Part shown: in pieces, positions 1 through 10,118 of the stretch | Position numbering within the stretch: position 1 is the first letter of the stretch | Layout: each line of letters starts with the position of its first letter | Source: Deltaproteobacteria bacterium | Lineage (GTDB): Bacteria; Desulfobacterota; Desulfobaccia; Desulfobaccales; 0-14-0-80-60-11 | Assembly (NCBI GenBank): GCA_021813445.1 | Contig: JAKAKP010000144.1 | Location: forward strand, 30,447 to 94,446 | DNA length: 64,000 bases | Direction: 5' to 3' | The notes under the pieces: model-generated | The model's input: only the letters and a program-made list of their open reading frames with translations | The model's database searches: none | What the model was told of the DNA's origin: nothing | Program-made: the position numbers and the translations under genes

Positions 1-1
1 C

Positions 2-622
2 GCCTGCAGCTGCTTTCTGCTACTGGCCCTGGGGCTGGCCGGCTGCGGCAAACCGCCGGTCATGGTCTACAAGCATCTCCTGGAATACCCCTCCCCGGAG
101 CTGCCCCGCCGGGCCCAGGTGCCGGAAGGCCTGAAGGTGGAGCTCTTCTCCGTGGCCCAGGCCTTCAATAGCCCGGATATGGTCTATCGCCCCAATTCTT
201 ACCAGAGTGAGACTTATCGCTACCACCGTTGGCGGGTCAATCCCGGGCAGATGGTCACCGACTTTCTCCTTCGGGACCTAAGGCATGCCCGCGTGTTTAA
301 GGCGATTTTCTCCTATGAAAATACGGCCAAAGCCCGCTTTCAGTTGGAAGGCGCGGTGGAAGAGTTCCAGGAGGTGGATACGGGAGATAACTGGACCGCG
401 GTGCTGGCGGTGAATATTACCCTCCTCGATACCTCCAGGGAGGAGATCACTCAGAGGGTCTTATTCCAGAAGAACTACCGCGCGGCTGAGCCCATTATTT
501 CCAGGACCCCCCAGGGACTGACCGCAGCCATGAGCCAGGCCATGCAAAAACTTTCGACGCACATCATTTCTGACATCCAGCAGGCGGCTTGGAACCGCTG
601 GTCTTCCAAGGAGAAGAATTAA
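2..622 (+). CDS. ABC-type transport auxiliary lipoprotein (PqiC/YmbA-like), 5'-partial
   Basis: The frame is open from the window edge. The upstream in-frame sequence reads LLALGLAGCG (lipobox), and the YRYHRWRVNPGQMVTDFLLRDL block is typical of this family. Confidence 0.6.
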   Translation, partial: ACSCFLLLALGLAGCGKPPVMVYKHLLEYPSPELPRRAQVPEGLKVELFSVAQAFNSPDMVYRPNSYQSETYRYHRWRVNPGQMVTDFLLRDLRHARVFKAIFSYENTAKARFQLEGAVEEFQEVDTGDNWTAVLAVNITLLDTSREEITQRVLFQKNYRAAEPIISRTPQGLTAAMSQAMQKLSTHIISDIQQAAWNRWSSKEKN

Positions 623-672
623 CTGTTAACTGGGGAATTTCTGCGCGCTGGCGGCGTTCCCCCGTCGCCGAG

Positions 673-3414
673 TCAAAAAGGCTGGCCGCCCTCCAGCACC
701 TCCCGCACCTTTTGCAGCAGACTGAGGACTTTCACGGGCTTTTGGACAAAGTTGATGCCTTCGTCCAGGACCCCGTAGTGGACAATGGCGTTGGTGGTAT
801 AGCCCGACATGAAGAGCACTTTCATCTCCGGACGCAGTAGGGCCATGCGTTCGGCCAGTTCCCCGCCGCCCATCTGCGGCATCACCACGTCCGTGAGCAG
901 CAGGTGGATGGGCCCTTTTTCCCTGTCACAGATGCTGATGGCTTCCTGGCCATTGGCTGCTTCCCAGACCTGGTAGCCATATCGCCGGAGGGCTTTGGAC
1001 ATCAACCCCCGCAGGGCCGCATCATCCTCCACCAGCAGGATGGTCTCCCAGCCGCCGGGGGCCTTGAGCAGTTCCCGGCTGGGCCGGAGCGCGGCGGGAC
1101 TCTGGCCTTCCGCCACCCGGGGGAAATAGACTTTGAAGGTGGTCCCCCGGCCCGGTTCGCTATAAACCCAGATATGGCCGCCGCTTTGTTTGACGATGCC
1201 ATAGACCATGGCCAGGCCCAGACCGGTGCCTTTGCCGCTCGCCTTAGTGGTGAAGAAGGGTTCGAAGATGTGGGCCAGCTTGTCCCCATCCATGCCCACC
1301 CCGTTATCGGTGACGGCAATCATCACATAGGGGCCGGGGGTGACCTCCGCATGGGTCTGGGCGTAAGCTTCGTCCAGAAAGACATCGGCCGTCTCAATTG
1401 TAAGTTTGCCGCCGTGGGGCATGGCGTCCCGGGCATTGACCGCCAGGTTCATGAGGATATGCTCCACCTGGCCGGGATCGGCCTTCACCAGGCCCAATTC
1501 TTCAGAACAGTAGGTAACCAGATCAATATCCTCGCCGATCAGACGCCGCAGCATCTTGTCCATACCCGTAACAATGGCGTTGAAATCGATCACCCGGGGC
1601 TGCAAAATCTGCTTGCGGCTGAAGGCCAGGAGCTGCTTGGTCAAGGACGCGCCGTGCTCCGCGGCGTTTAAAATCTCCTCCACATGATAGCGTAGCGGGT
1701 CTTTTTCAGGAAGGTCCAGCAGCATGATTTCGCTGTAGCCGGTGATGGCCGTGAGCAGGTTGTTGAAATCGTGGGCCATGCCGCCGGCTAGCAGGCCTAT
1801 GGCCTCCATCTTCTGGGCCTGAGCCAGTTGATCTTCCAGGGTTTTGCGCGCGGTGATATCGAAGAAAACGCCGCTGATATATTCCGTCTTGCCCGCGGCG
1901 TTGACGATGATTTGATTCCGGGCCTGGATCCAGCAGGCCTCGCCATTCTTTTTGCGGATGCGGTGTTCCGTAACGTACCGCCGATTGCCGCGGCGGGCCT
2001 CGGCAAAGAGCTTCTTGGCCGACTCCAGGTCTTCGGGAAAGATCAAGTCAAGCCAGGTTACCCGGCGGGAGTCGAAGTCCTCTTTGGCATAACCGGTGGT
2101 TTTTTCGATTTTGTCATCAAAGTAATCGATGCTCCAATCCAGGTACCCCTTATACACCACCACCGGGACCTGGTTCACCAGCAACCGGTATTTCTCTTCG
2201 CTTTCCCGGAGCGCCCTCTCCGTGCGGCGGCGGGTGGCGACATTGACTATTAAAAGAACGATGACGATCCCTTGGAGGACGATGAAACCCAGCACCAGCT
2301 GAATCAGCCCCTTATGCAGCCGGTAAAAGGAATAAGGCCGGTTAATGATCTTACTGCCTGCGGGCAACTGGGCCGGGAGGATTCCAAATTTCTGCATTTG
2401 CTGATAGTCGAACATGTAATGGTTGGGGCTTTGCCGGACCACCTCAATGGCAGACGGTTTTTCTCCCTTCAGGATACGGACGGCAATGCGGGCCGCCAGT
2501 TCCCCCTGGGCATAGCCGCTGGTCAACATGCCGCCCACGATGCCCCGCCCCAGATAAATATCCCAAAGACTGTAAATGGGAACCCGGGTCTGGGCCTTAA
2601 CCATCTGGAAACTCTGATCGTAAGAAAAGACCCTGCCAGTCTTATCCCGGAAAAAGATGAGAAAGAACATGAGGCCGTCCTCAGGTATCTGGGCGGCCTG
2701 CCGGGCTATTTCCTCAATTGACATATTTTCCAGAAAAACGAATTGCACCGCGCGGTAAAGTTGGGGCACCGTCTCCAGGACCTGGGCATGGAGCGCCCGG
2801 CCAACCTCGCTGGTATCCACGACCACATAGATCCGCCGGGCCTGCGGATGCAGCGTCAAGGCCGTATTCAGGGTCTCCCGGATGCTGACGTCTTCCAGCA
2901 CCCCGGTAAAGTCCTGCCGTTCCCGCATCGCTGCTGCGGAATAATTATTGATGCCGCAGAAGATTACCGGCGTATGGGGCCAGAGTTCCGGCTGGTAGCG
3001 CAGCATAAAGTTCAAGGCGTCGTCGTCGGAGACCAGGATCGCGGCAAAATGGATGCCCTGATATTTATGCTTGTAAAGACGGTAAAGGTTTTGCAGATGC
3101 TCGGGATCTTTAATCCTCTTGGTGTCCATATATTCGGTGTGGATTTCCGCGCCGGGGAAATCCGTATTTAACACCGCTTCCATGCCCTCGGCAATTTTAT
3201 CCGTCCAAATATAGCCGTGATTATAGGAATGGAGAATGAGGATGTGGGGTTTACTCTGTCCCTGGGCCGCGGCCGGTGGGGGGAAAAGCAGTAGTGCACA
3301 GCAGACGGCCAGGGGCCAGAAAAGCAAGTGTCTTTTTACCCCGTGGCTCATGGCGGGTCGCTCTCGGGACAAGGTCAAAGGAGGGTTGCGCCTCAATATT
3401 ATCCGTTTCTGCAT
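673..3414 (-). CDS. Hybrid sensor histidine kinase/response regulator with a periplasmic ABC-substrate-binding-like domain and a PAS domain
   Basis: Signal/TM segment, then the [18 protein letters not shown] periplasmic-binding-like domain and a TM segment. PAS follows, then HisKA (MAHDFNNLL), HATPase (DNGVGM, GTGLGL) and a receiver domain (ILLVEDD...[13 protein letters not shown]). An alternative start at Met22 (3351) is possible. Confidence 0.85.
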   Translation of the reverse strand: MQKRIILRRNPPLTLSRERPAMSHGVKRHLLFWPLAVCCALLLFPPPAAAQGQSKPHILILHSYNHGYIWTDKIAEGMEAVLNTDFPGAEIHTEYMDTKRIKDPEHLQNLYRLYKHKYQGIHFAAILVSDDDALNFMLRYQPELWPHTPVIFCGINNYSAAAMRERQDFTGVLEDVSIRETLNTALTLHPQARRIYVVVDTSEVGRALHAQVLETVPQLYRAVQFVFLENMSIEEIARQAAQIPEDGLMFFLIFFRDKTGRVFSYDQSFQMVKAQTRVPIYSLWDIYLGRGIVGGMLTSGYAQGELAARIAVRILKGEKPSAIEVVRQSPNHYMFDYQQMQKFGILPAQLPAGSKIINRPYSFYRLHKGLIQLVLGFIVLQGIVIVLLIVNVATRRRTERALRESEEKYRLLVNQVPVVVYKGYLDWSIDYFDDKIEKTTGYAKEDFDSRRVTWLDLIFPEDLESAKKLFAEARRGNRRYVTEHRIRKKNGEACWIQARNQIIVNAAGKTEYISGVFFDITARKTLEDQLAQAQKMEAIGLLAGGMAHDFNNLLTAITGYSEIMLLDLPEKDPLRYHVEEILNAAEHGASLTKQLLAFSRKQILQPRVIDFNAIVTGMDKMLRRLIGEDIDLVTYCSEELGLVKADPGQVEHILMNLAVNARDAMPHGGKLTIETADVFLDEAYAQTHAEVTPGPYVMIAVTDNGVGMDGDKLAHIFEPFFTTKASGKGTGLGLAMVYGIVKQSGGHIWVYSEPGRGTTFKVYFPRVAEGQSPAALRPSRELLKAPGGWETILLVEDDAALRGLMSKALRRYGYQVWEAANGQEAISICDREKGPIHLLLTDVVMPQMGGGELAERMALLRPEMKVLFMSGYTTNAIVHYGVLDEGINFVQKPVKVLSLLQKVREVLEGGQPF

Positions 3415-3530
3415 CTGCTAATTATTGCCGGAGTTTACCGGCACCGCCACTAATTCGTGCACTCATTATTACATCAGTACAATCATTTTCCCAAGAAAAT
3501 TTTCTTTTATACTTATGGAGGGAAAGAAAA

Positions 3531-3538
3531 TGTATAAT
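3531..3538 (+). promoter_or_regulatory. Candidate -10 element (TGTATAAT) in the AT-rich divergent intergenic region
   Basis: TATAAT at 3533-3538 is preceded by TG and lies 47-60 nt upstream of the DUF599 gene start. No convincing -35 element was found. Confidence 0.3.
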
Positions 3539-3584
3539 AATATCAATTAATCTCTTTATGAGATTGAAAAAATTTTTTTAACGG

Positions 3585-4316
3585 TTGGAATGGGCGATGG
3601 GTAGAATTCATTGGACGGAGCTCGTTTTCGGCGCGGCCACTTTCCTGGTCTTAACCACCTACCACGTGTACTGGCTGCACCAGGTGCGCCAGGCGCCGCT
3701 CCGCACCTACCGGGGCATCACCCGCTATCTCCGGCGCATCTGGGTGGAATCCGTGATGACGGAGAAACGGGACATCCTTTCCGTGCAGAGCCTGCGCAAC
3801 TGGATCATGGCCGCCAGTTTCCTGGCCTCCACCGCCATGATCATCGGCCTGGGGCTGCTCAGCTTTCTCTTCCGGCCCGAGCATGCCACCGAGATCCCCT
3901 TCGAATTCACCCTCATCTTTTCCCGGATGAAGACCCTCTTCCTGGCCAAGCTGATGCTCTTGATGGTGCACTTCTTCTTTGCCTTTTTCAGCTTCACCCT
4001 CTCCATCCGCTACCTGAACCAGGTCAACTTCATGATCAACGTGCCCATCGAATGCGACCCTATGCTGACCCCGGAATTCATCGCCCATACCCTGGATCTG
4101 GGCATGATGCACTACACCCTGGGGATGCGGGCCTATTATCTGTCGGTGGTCGCGGCGCTGTGGCTCTTCGGGCCGGTGTGGATGTTTTTAGGGAGCCTGA
4201 TTCTGACCTTTTTCCTCTATAAGCTCGATCATTGCTGTTCCCTGGATTATTCCACCGCCAGTTGCGATGTGCAGTTGCACACCCTCAAGGAGCCCCTCTC
4301 CGGGACCAAGGGCTAA
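3585..4316 (+). CDS. DUF599 family membrane protein
   Basis: The N-terminal TM segment followed by YHVYWLHQVRQAPLRTYRG...WVESVM is typical of DUF599, and there are several TM segments. The start is TTG at 3585 or ATG at 3597. Confidence 0.6.
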   Translation: MEWAMGRIHWTELVFGAATFLVLTTYHVYWLHQVRQAPLRTYRGITRYLRRIWVESVMTEKRDILSVQSLRNWIMAASFLASTAMIIGLGLLSFLFRPEHATEIPFEFTLIFSRMKTLFLAKLMLLMVHFFFAFFSFTLSIRYLNQVNFMINVPIECDPMLTPEFIAHTLDLGMMHYTLGMRAYYLSVVAALWLFGPVWMFLGSLILTFFLYKLDHCCSLDYSTASCDVQLHTLKEPLSGTKG

Positions 4317-4347
4317 GCGGCAGTTCTGTTTCAAAAAGATTGCCCGC

Positions 4348-4455
4348 ACGCAAAGACGCCAAGCCGCAAAGAAAGTCGCAAAAAATATTGTGTGGGGTGC
4401 GTCCCACGCGCACCATCCCATATTCTTGCGTCTTTGCGCCTTGGCGTCTTTGCGT
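4348..4455. repeat. Long imperfect inverted repeat (arms acgcaaagacgccaag.cgcaaaga) with a central GC hairpin
   Basis: The left arm from 4348 and the reverse complement of the right arm ending at 4455 match almost base for base. The central hairpin is ggtgcg...cgcacc. The repeat lies between convergent genes. Confidence 0.8.
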
Positions 4456-4470
4456 GAGATATTTTTTCGC

Positions 4471-5175
4471 TTAGTCTCTCCGGCTTCCCAGGATCCGCAG
4501 CAGCATCAAAAAGAGGTTGATAAAGTCCAGGTAGAGGGCCAGCGCGCCCAGCACCGCGGTTTTGCCCTCGGTTTCCGCATCGGCAAAACCCGCCATCGCC
4601 ATGGCCTTCAGCTTATTGGTGTCATACGCGGTCAGGCCCACAAAGACCAGAATCCCGGCGTAGGTCACCACCCAGTAAACCATGGGGCTGCGCAAAAAGA
4701 TGTTGACCACCGAGGCGATGATGATGCCGATCAGGCCCATGAAGAAAAAACTGCCCCAACTGCTCAGGTCCTTTTTGGTGGTATAGCCGTAAAGACTCAT
4801 GGCCCCGAAGGTGCCCGCGGTGACAAAAAAGGTGCTGGCAATGGAGGCCTGGGTGTAGGCGATGAAGATCACCGACAGAGTCAGGCCGTTTAAGGCCGCA
4901 TAGACAAAAAACATCAGGGTGGCGGTGGAATAGCTGAGGCGGTTGATGCCCGCGCTCAGGGCAAAGACCAGGATCAATTCCCCGATAATCAGCCCGAAAA
5001 ACACCAGGCTGTTGCCGAAGATCATCTTCAACAACTGGGGGTTGGACGCGGTGTACAGGGCCACCAGCGCCGTGGCCGCCAGTCCCAGCCCCATCCAGTT
5101 AAAGACCCGACGGATGAACTCCCCCTGGACCGCCGCGGCCCGTTCGCTTTGATATGATATTTGACCGTTAGACAT
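4471..5175 (-). CDS. Bax inhibitor-1/YccA family membrane protein
   Basis: About 234 aa with seven predicted TM segments. Both the N-terminal FIRRVFNWMGLGL and the C-terminal YLDFINLFLMLLRILG are typical of BI-1/YccA. Confidence 0.8.
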   Translation of the reverse strand: MSNGQISYQSERAAAVQGEFIRRVFNWMGLGLAATALVALYTASNPQLLKMIFGNSLVFFGLIIGELILVFALSAGINRLSYSTATLMFFVYAALNGLTLSVIFIAYTQASIASTFFVTAGTFGAMSLYGYTTKKDLSSWGSFFFMGLIGIIIASVVNIFLRSPMVYWVVTYAGILVFVGLTAYDTNKLKAMAMAGFADAETEGKTAVLGALALYLDFINLFLMLLRILGSRRD

Positions 5176-5274
5176 TTCTTGTTTCCTCCGTTAAGGTTCA
5201 CCAGGCCGGCAATCTGCCTGCCCGATTTCTTTCCTCATATATTCCTGGATTATTAAATAATATCTTTTTTGCCT

Positions 5275-5895
5275 TCAAGCAATGTCCTTATCAAAAAAGT
5301 AGTGATAGGTCCACAATGCCGTAAAAATGCCCACAAAGGCGCCAAGAAGCACATCGCTGGGGTAATGGGCGGTCACCAGCACCCGGCTGACGCCGATGAG
5401 TGCGGCCAGGGAGAGAAAGACCGCGGTCCCCCGCCGGTACAGCAGGGAGACCGCGGTCAACAGGGAAAAGGCCCTGATGGTGTGGCCGGAGGGGGTGGAG
5501 TTCAAGGCCCACGTGTGGGCAAAAAAGTGGAGCCCGTAGAGATGCTCTTCAAAGAGCATGGCCGGGCGGCAGCGTCCCAGGAGATATTTCAGGCCGTCCC
5601 CGATAATAATGGCGCAGGCCCCGGTGACGCAGACATAGAGCAGATTCCTGGTCCATTTTTTTTGTAAGCCGGAATCAACCGCGATGACGAGAATGAAGCC
5701 CAGGGCCAGCCCCAGCTTGATGACCTCACCCTGGCCCAGCAGCGAGATATACGCACCCCAGCGCGGCACCCAGGTCTGGGCCCAATTCGCTTGGATCCAC
5801 AGATCCACGGATCGATCGACAAAGAAAAACATGACCAGATAAACGATAAAAGTTATCGCGGCAGCAATTCCCGTCTTCTTCAAGAGATTGTCCAT
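5275..5895 (-). CDS. PAP2 superfamily phosphatase
   Basis: PAP2 motifs are present: KYLLGRCRP, PSGH, SRVLVTAHYPSDV. It is a multi-TM protein. Confidence 0.8.
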   Translation of the reverse strand: MDNLLKKTGIAAAITFIVYLVMFFFVDRSVDLWIQANWAQTWVPRWGAYISLLGQGEVIKLGLALGFILVIAVDSGLQKKWTRNLLYVCVTGACAIIIGDGLKYLLGRCRPAMLFEEHLYGLHFFAHTWALNSTPSGHTIRAFSLLTAVSLLYRRGTAVFLSLAALIGVSRVLVTAHYPSDVLLGAFVGIFTALWTYHYFFDKDIA

Positions 5896-5926
5896 GTCGT
5901 TCTTCGGTCGGAAATCCTTCCAGTAG

Positions 5927-6008
5927 GGTGCGTCTTACGCACCATCTTCTGTCCTGAAAAGTCTAAGTACCTGGTTCCAAATTGGTGGGGCGGGCCTCCG
6001 TGCCCGAT
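5927..6008. repeat. REP-like GC hairpins (ggtgcgt-ctt-acgcacc and ggggcgggcctccgtgcccg)
   Basis: Hairpin at 5927-5943. The 5984-6008 segment recurs as a reverse complement at 59060-59089, and ctgtcctgaaaagtc recurs at about 58836. Confidence 0.75.
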
Positions 6009-6111
6009 CTTCCTTCATGGTTCCCAAGCAATTGGGGTGGCTAACAACTATACTTTCCGTTACAAGTTCTTACCAAGGTATAGCTTGGGGACGATAAGAT
6101 AAAACCCAACT

Positions 6112-7020
6112 CTATATCCCATAGTATTTCGCAATCGCCTGAGCTAAAAGACTTCCAGCAGCCCCAAGACTAATCTTCCACCCCCCCTCTGCTGCTTTCC
6201 CCATCATTTTTGCGATCCAAGCTGATACCCGGGGGCCAAACTTGTCTTTGGCTATCGCTTTTGGTTCAGATTCTATGCTTTCCTTTAATTCAGCAATGTC
6301 CTCTGGGTGAATGCCGTGGTAAATAAGTACGCGTTCTAAAGACCCAAAGTCATTTGCTCCAATATGAAATGTTATTATTGAATCGTTCGCTGTGCCGATT
6401 ATATTGGCAGAACCACCATAAATAATAGTATTGAAAATATGAGTTACCATTTCAGATTCAAGTGGTGCGGTTAGGGCCTTTCCAACTTCGCCAGCATTAG
6501 GCGATTCTTTCCACAACGCAAGGACAAAATCCAATACACGATTGCGAACAGAATTGAGTAACTCGACTAGAGCGCCAGTTCCAAATTGAGCCTTGACCTC
6601 TATGCAGTTCATGCCTTGGTAAACGTTTTGACCTAATAAAAGCATAAGGTCCGCGGTGTCTATATACAATATATCTTCTTTAGCCTTACTTAACACTGCT
6701 TCAATCGCAGCTATACTTTGCCTGCACTTATAATTTTCATAACTTTCCATAGCCCTCTCTGGAAGGCTTGCAAAAGGTATAGTAACATTCCGCAAGCTTG
6801 AGCCACCCCACCCTGCAAAAGTTCCTCTAATTTCAAGTCGCCAAATGCGGTAATCTGGGACTTGCACATCATCAGGATAACCATTTGACTCCCATATAAG
6901 CCAGTCCTCTAATGGCTGGCTACCCAGACGTGCCGCCAGTATCTTACATTTCCGCAAGAGTGTCCCGAGGTCACTCTTTGCATCAACAGCAGATTTCTGA
7001 ATGTCTTCCAAGAGTGTCAT
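6112..7020 (-). CDS. AbiTii-like (abortive-infection-associated) protein, in a low-GC islet
   Basis: The N-terminus LLEDIQKSAVDAKSDLGTLLRKCKILAARLGSQPLEDWLIWESNGYP matches my recollection of the AbiTii N-terminal domain. Composition is clearly more AT-rich than both flanks. Confidence 0.5.
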   Translation of the reverse strand: MTLLEDIQKSAVDAKSDLGTLLRKCKILAARLGSQPLEDWLIWESNGYPDDVQVPDYRIWRLEIRGTFAGWGGSSLRNVTIPFASLPERAMESYENYKCRQSIAAIEAVLSKAKEDILYIDTADLMLLLGQNVYQGMNCIEVKAQFGTGALVELLNSVRNRVLDFVLALWKESPNAGEVGKALTAPLESEMVTHIFNTIIYGGSANIIGTANDSIITFHIGANDFGSLERVLIYHGIHPEDIAELKESIESEPKAIAKDKFGPRVSAWIAKMMGKAAEGGWKISLGAAGSLLAQAIAKYYGI

Positions 7021-7076
7021 AAGAACTCCTGCATTAAAACATTCTCTTAATATTATTACTGAAAACTGGATATATT

Positions 7077-7916
7077 TCAGGCTTCTGCGCCTGGAGAGTC
7101 ATTTTTGATAGGAAGGTCGGTGAGCGCGGAAGCCACCAAAAACGTCTGTAACGCCTCTTCCACCCTTTCTAAGTTCACCAGGGTGTCGTAGCAGGGGCCG
7201 TTGGGGCGGGAGTTGAGGATGCCGAAGACCGGCAGGGGGTAGCTGTCCTGGATGCCGCTGGAGAGGTCCCGTTCGCAGGCCACGGCGATGATCATCTTGG
7301 GCCGCCGCTCCACCACGATGCGCCGGGCCAACGTGCCGCCGGTGGCCACCGCCAGGCCCACCCCGTATTTCTCGGAGAGCTCCACCAGGCCCTTGATGGG
7401 GCACTTGCCGCATTTTTTGCAGTGGACCACGCTGCCGGTGATGCGGAACTGGCATTCGTGGAACTGGAGGCAATGGGGCATAAGCAGCAGGAGTTTATCC
7501 GGGGTGGTCTTGAGGTGCTGGGCCAGGACCAGTTGGTTGTTGATGGCGATGAAGGAGCGCCGCACCTGGTCCTTGGAGACGCCGCAGAGTTTGCCCACCC
7601 CGCTCATCAGGGGCAGCAGCAGCTTGATCACCACCCCCCGGAGCCTTTTGGAGAAGAACAGGTCCCGGCCCAGGACCACGGTGAACCCCAGCATGGCCAC
7701 CAACATGAACACCAGGACCAGGAGGGCCAGGAAGAATACGCCCAGGATCAGGGGCAGGCGCGGGCTCAGGTTGGAGAGGCCCACGTAAGGCACGTACCAG
7801 AGGACCGCCAGGATGGCGGTAAAGAGGACGCAGGTCACCGCCAGCAGGCCCAGGAAGATGCGCTTCTGGGGCCTGATGGAGTTGCCGCCGTTCAGGATTT
7901 TGGGAGGCTCGTCCAT
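7077..7916 (-). CDS. DUF116 domain-containing membrane protein
   Basis: N-terminal TM segments followed by the Cys-rich block MPHCLQFHECQFRITGSVVHCKKCGKCPI and ATGGTLARR, as in DUF116. Confidence 0.6.
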   Translation of the reverse strand: MDEPPKILNGGNSIRPQKRIFLGLLAVTCVLFTAILAVLWYVPYVGLSNLSPRLPLILGVFFLALLVLVFMLVAMLGFTVVLGRDLFFSKRLRGVVIKLLLPLMSGVGKLCGVSKDQVRRSFIAINNQLVLAQHLKTTPDKLLLLMPHCLQFHECQFRITGSVVHCKKCGKCPIKGLVELSEKYGVGLAVATGGTLARRIVVERRPKMIIAVACERDLSSGIQDSYPLPVFGILNSRPNGPCYDTLVNLERVEEALQTFLVASALTDLPIKNDSPGAEA

Positions 7917-8000
7917 TTAATCCTTGGGAAATTTCATAAATTCTCTCTCCCCCGGCAGGGGGAGAGGGTCAAGGTGGAGGGAATGCCATCGCCAGTTGTC

Positions 8001-8063
8001 AGTAATCAGGGATCTGTGATCAGAAGGTCTTTCCTGCCCCCTGGCCCCTGGCCCCCGATCCCT
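8001..8063. repeat. Heptamer tandem repeats (nnnGATC x3 and CCTGGCC/CCCCTGG-type units)
   Basis: The sequence reads agtaatc agggatc tgtgatc ... cccctgg cccctgg cccccga tccctg. Confidence 0.6.
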
Positions 8064-8070
8064 GTTTTTA

Positions 8071-9018
8071 TCACTCCCCCAGTACTTGCCCGATCAACCG
8101 GTGCCCCCGGAGAAACTCCGCTGCGGCCAGGCGCTTTTGCCCGCCCAGTTGCAGCTCGGCGATGGTGACGCTCCCCTGGCCGCAGGCGATCTCCAGCCCC
8201 TGGGGGGTGAGTCCCAGGGCGGTTCCGGCCGGGGCCGGGGACCCGGCGTTTTTCTTGACCCGGGCACCGAAGAGTTTTAACACTTTTCCCTGGCTGAGGG
8301 TATAGGCCCCGGGCCGGGGGTCCAGCCCCCGGATCCAGTTGGCCGCCTCGTTTGCAGGCAGATAAAAATTTATCCAGCGCATCTCCGGGGTGAGCCGGGG
8401 GGCGAAAGTAACCCCGGCCTCATCTTGAGCCTGGCGGATAACCTCCCCCCGGCGCAGCATCTCCAGGGACTGGACCAGCAGGGCTGCGCCCCGCTCCGCC
8501 AACTTGGCCGCCACACTGCCGGCGTTGTCCTCTTCCAGGAGCGGGAGCCGTTCCTGCAGGAAAACCTCCCCGGTGTCCACTTCGTATTTGAGCCACTGGA
8601 TGGTGACCCCGGTTTCCCGGTCGCCCCGGATCAGGGCCCAGTTGATGGGCGCCGGGCCCCGGTAGCGGGGCAGCAGCGAGGCGTGGACGTTCAAGCTCCC
8701 CACCGTGGGCAGCGCCAGCACTTCATGGGTGAGGATGCGGCCATAGGCCACGACGATCAGCAGTTCCGGCTGCACCGCCCGGAGTGCGGCCATGAAGTCC
8801 GGGGCTTTGAGGCTCCGGGGCTGTAAGACCGGCAGATGCCAGGCCAGGGCCAGTTCCTTCACCGGCGAAGGGCTGACCTTCTGCCCCCGGCCCCGGGGCT
8901 TATCCGGCTGGGTGACCACCGCGGCCACCTCTTCCCCCGCGGCCAGCAGGGCTTCCAGGGAAGGCAGGGCAAAGGCCGGCGTGCCCATGAAGATCAGGCG
9001 CCAGGGTCCTGTTTTCAT
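8071..9018 (-). CDS. fmt: Methionyl-tRNA formyltransferase
   Basis: The N-terminus IFMGTPAFALPSLEAL and the blocks PDKPRGRG and NVHASLLPRYRGPAPINWALI are present. The gene overlaps def by 4 nt. Confidence 0.95.
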   Translation of the reverse strand: MKTGPWRLIFMGTPAFALPSLEALLAAGEEVAAVVTQPDKPRGRGQKVSPSPVKELALAWHLPVLQPRSLKAPDFMAALRAVQPELLIVVAYGRILTHEVLALPTVGSLNVHASLLPRYRGPAPINWALIRGDRETGVTIQWLKYEVDTGEVFLQERLPLLEEDNAGSVAAKLAERGAALLVQSLEMLRRGEVIRQAQDEAGVTFAPRLTPEMRWINFYLPANEAANWIRGLDPRPGAYTLSQGKVLKLFGARVKKNAGSPAPAGTALGLTPQGLEIACGQGSVTIAELQLGGQKRLAAAEFLRGHRLIGQVLGE

Positions 9019-9524
9019 CGCCTATTTGCCGCCAGCTTTTTAAGCCGCCTTAGATAGAGCCCCCTTTTCAACCGGCCGATATGATCAATGAACAAAATGC
9101 CATCCAGATGGTCGATCTCATGCTGCAGCACCACCGCCAGGAGCCCTTCACCGCTGATCTCCAGGGGTTTGCCCTCCCGGTCCAGGCCGGTGACCGTCAC
9201 CCGGGCGTGCCGCCGCACCTCCGCGGAAAAATCCGCCACCGACAGACAACCTTCTTCCCGGACCGCCTCCCCTTCCCCGGACTTGATGCAGGGGTTGAGA
9301 ATGACTTTCAGGTCCTTGGCCCCGTCCTTATGGGCCACATCCAGGACGATGAGCCGCTGGAGCACCCCCACCTGGTTGGCAGCCAACCCCAGTCCTGGTG
9401 CGGCGTACATGGTCTCCGCCATGTCGTTGATCAGGCGCTGCAGCTCGCCGTTGATTTCCGTGATTTCTTGAGCCTTCTGCCGCAAAACCGGATCAGGCAA
9501 TTGAATAATCGGTAATTTAGCCAT
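9015..9524 (-). CDS. def: Peptide deformylase
   Basis: Motifs GLGLAANQVG, EGCLS and QHEIDHLDG are present. The start was chosen at MAKLPIIQLPDP (ATG at 9524) rather than the ORF-track start at 9650. Confidence 0.92.
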   Translation of the reverse strand: MAKLPIIQLPDPVLRQKAQEITEINGELQRLINDMAETMYAAPGLGLAANQVGVLQRLIVLDVAHKDGAKDLKVILNPCIKSGEGEAVREEGCLSVADFSAEVRRHARVTVTGLDREGKPLEISGEGLLAVVLQHEIDHLDGILFIDHIGRLKRGLYLRRLKKLAANRR

Positions 9525-9681
9525 AGCAATGTCTAACAACTGGTAATAATTATTGATTCTACGACAAATAGTGACGTTTTTCAAGGGATAGCTGCGTATT
9601 GGCAGCGAAATTTGCGGGGGGGTGGTTGGTTCACCGGGAGAGAGACCCATTCTTCCGGGAGATGATCCCCGGAAAAATTTC

Positions 9682-9813
9682 TAGAAGCCATCTGAAAACC
9701 TTTTTTTCTGTCATCCTGAAGGCTGTGAAGGATCTCAAGGCCTCGAAAATACCAGATTCTTCGCGGTGCTCAGAATGACAAATCAGGATAATTGAGGTTC
9801 TGAAACGGCTTCT
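9682..9813. repeat. Imperfect palindromic, MITE-like element of about 130 bp
   Basis: The outer arms are agaagccatctgaaaacc and ggttctgaaacggcttct. The inner arms are tgtcatcctgaaggctgtgaaggatc and gattcttcgcggtgctcagaatgaca. Confidence 0.7.
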
Positions 9814-10118
9814 AACCTTGCCTGTGCCGCTCCGGTATTTTCCCGCATAACGCCGCCAGGGGAGCCGGGGGATGACAGGCAGACGCCCGAATCAGTGACA
9901 TATGTCTTCGATATAACTACAATTAAAGTACAAAAGCGCTTTTTTTTGTTCCCTTTCAGAAATTTTTATGTTAAAAGCTTCACAATCTCTCACATAATCG
10001 CAAACCTTTTAGCAGGGCGACTAGATCAAGCACACCCTTCTGAACGCGGCAGCCCTCAATTTCCAGCGATAACCTAAACAAATCACCCCAAAGCCCAAAC
10101 CAAGGAGGTACTCTGGGT

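Noticed and set aside
3611-4222. A 203-aa alternate-frame ORF overlapping the DUF599 gene on the same strand.
   Set aside because: Its translation is Pro/Gly/Arg/His-rich and low in complexity, whereas the annotated frame gives a coherent multi-TM DUF599 protein.
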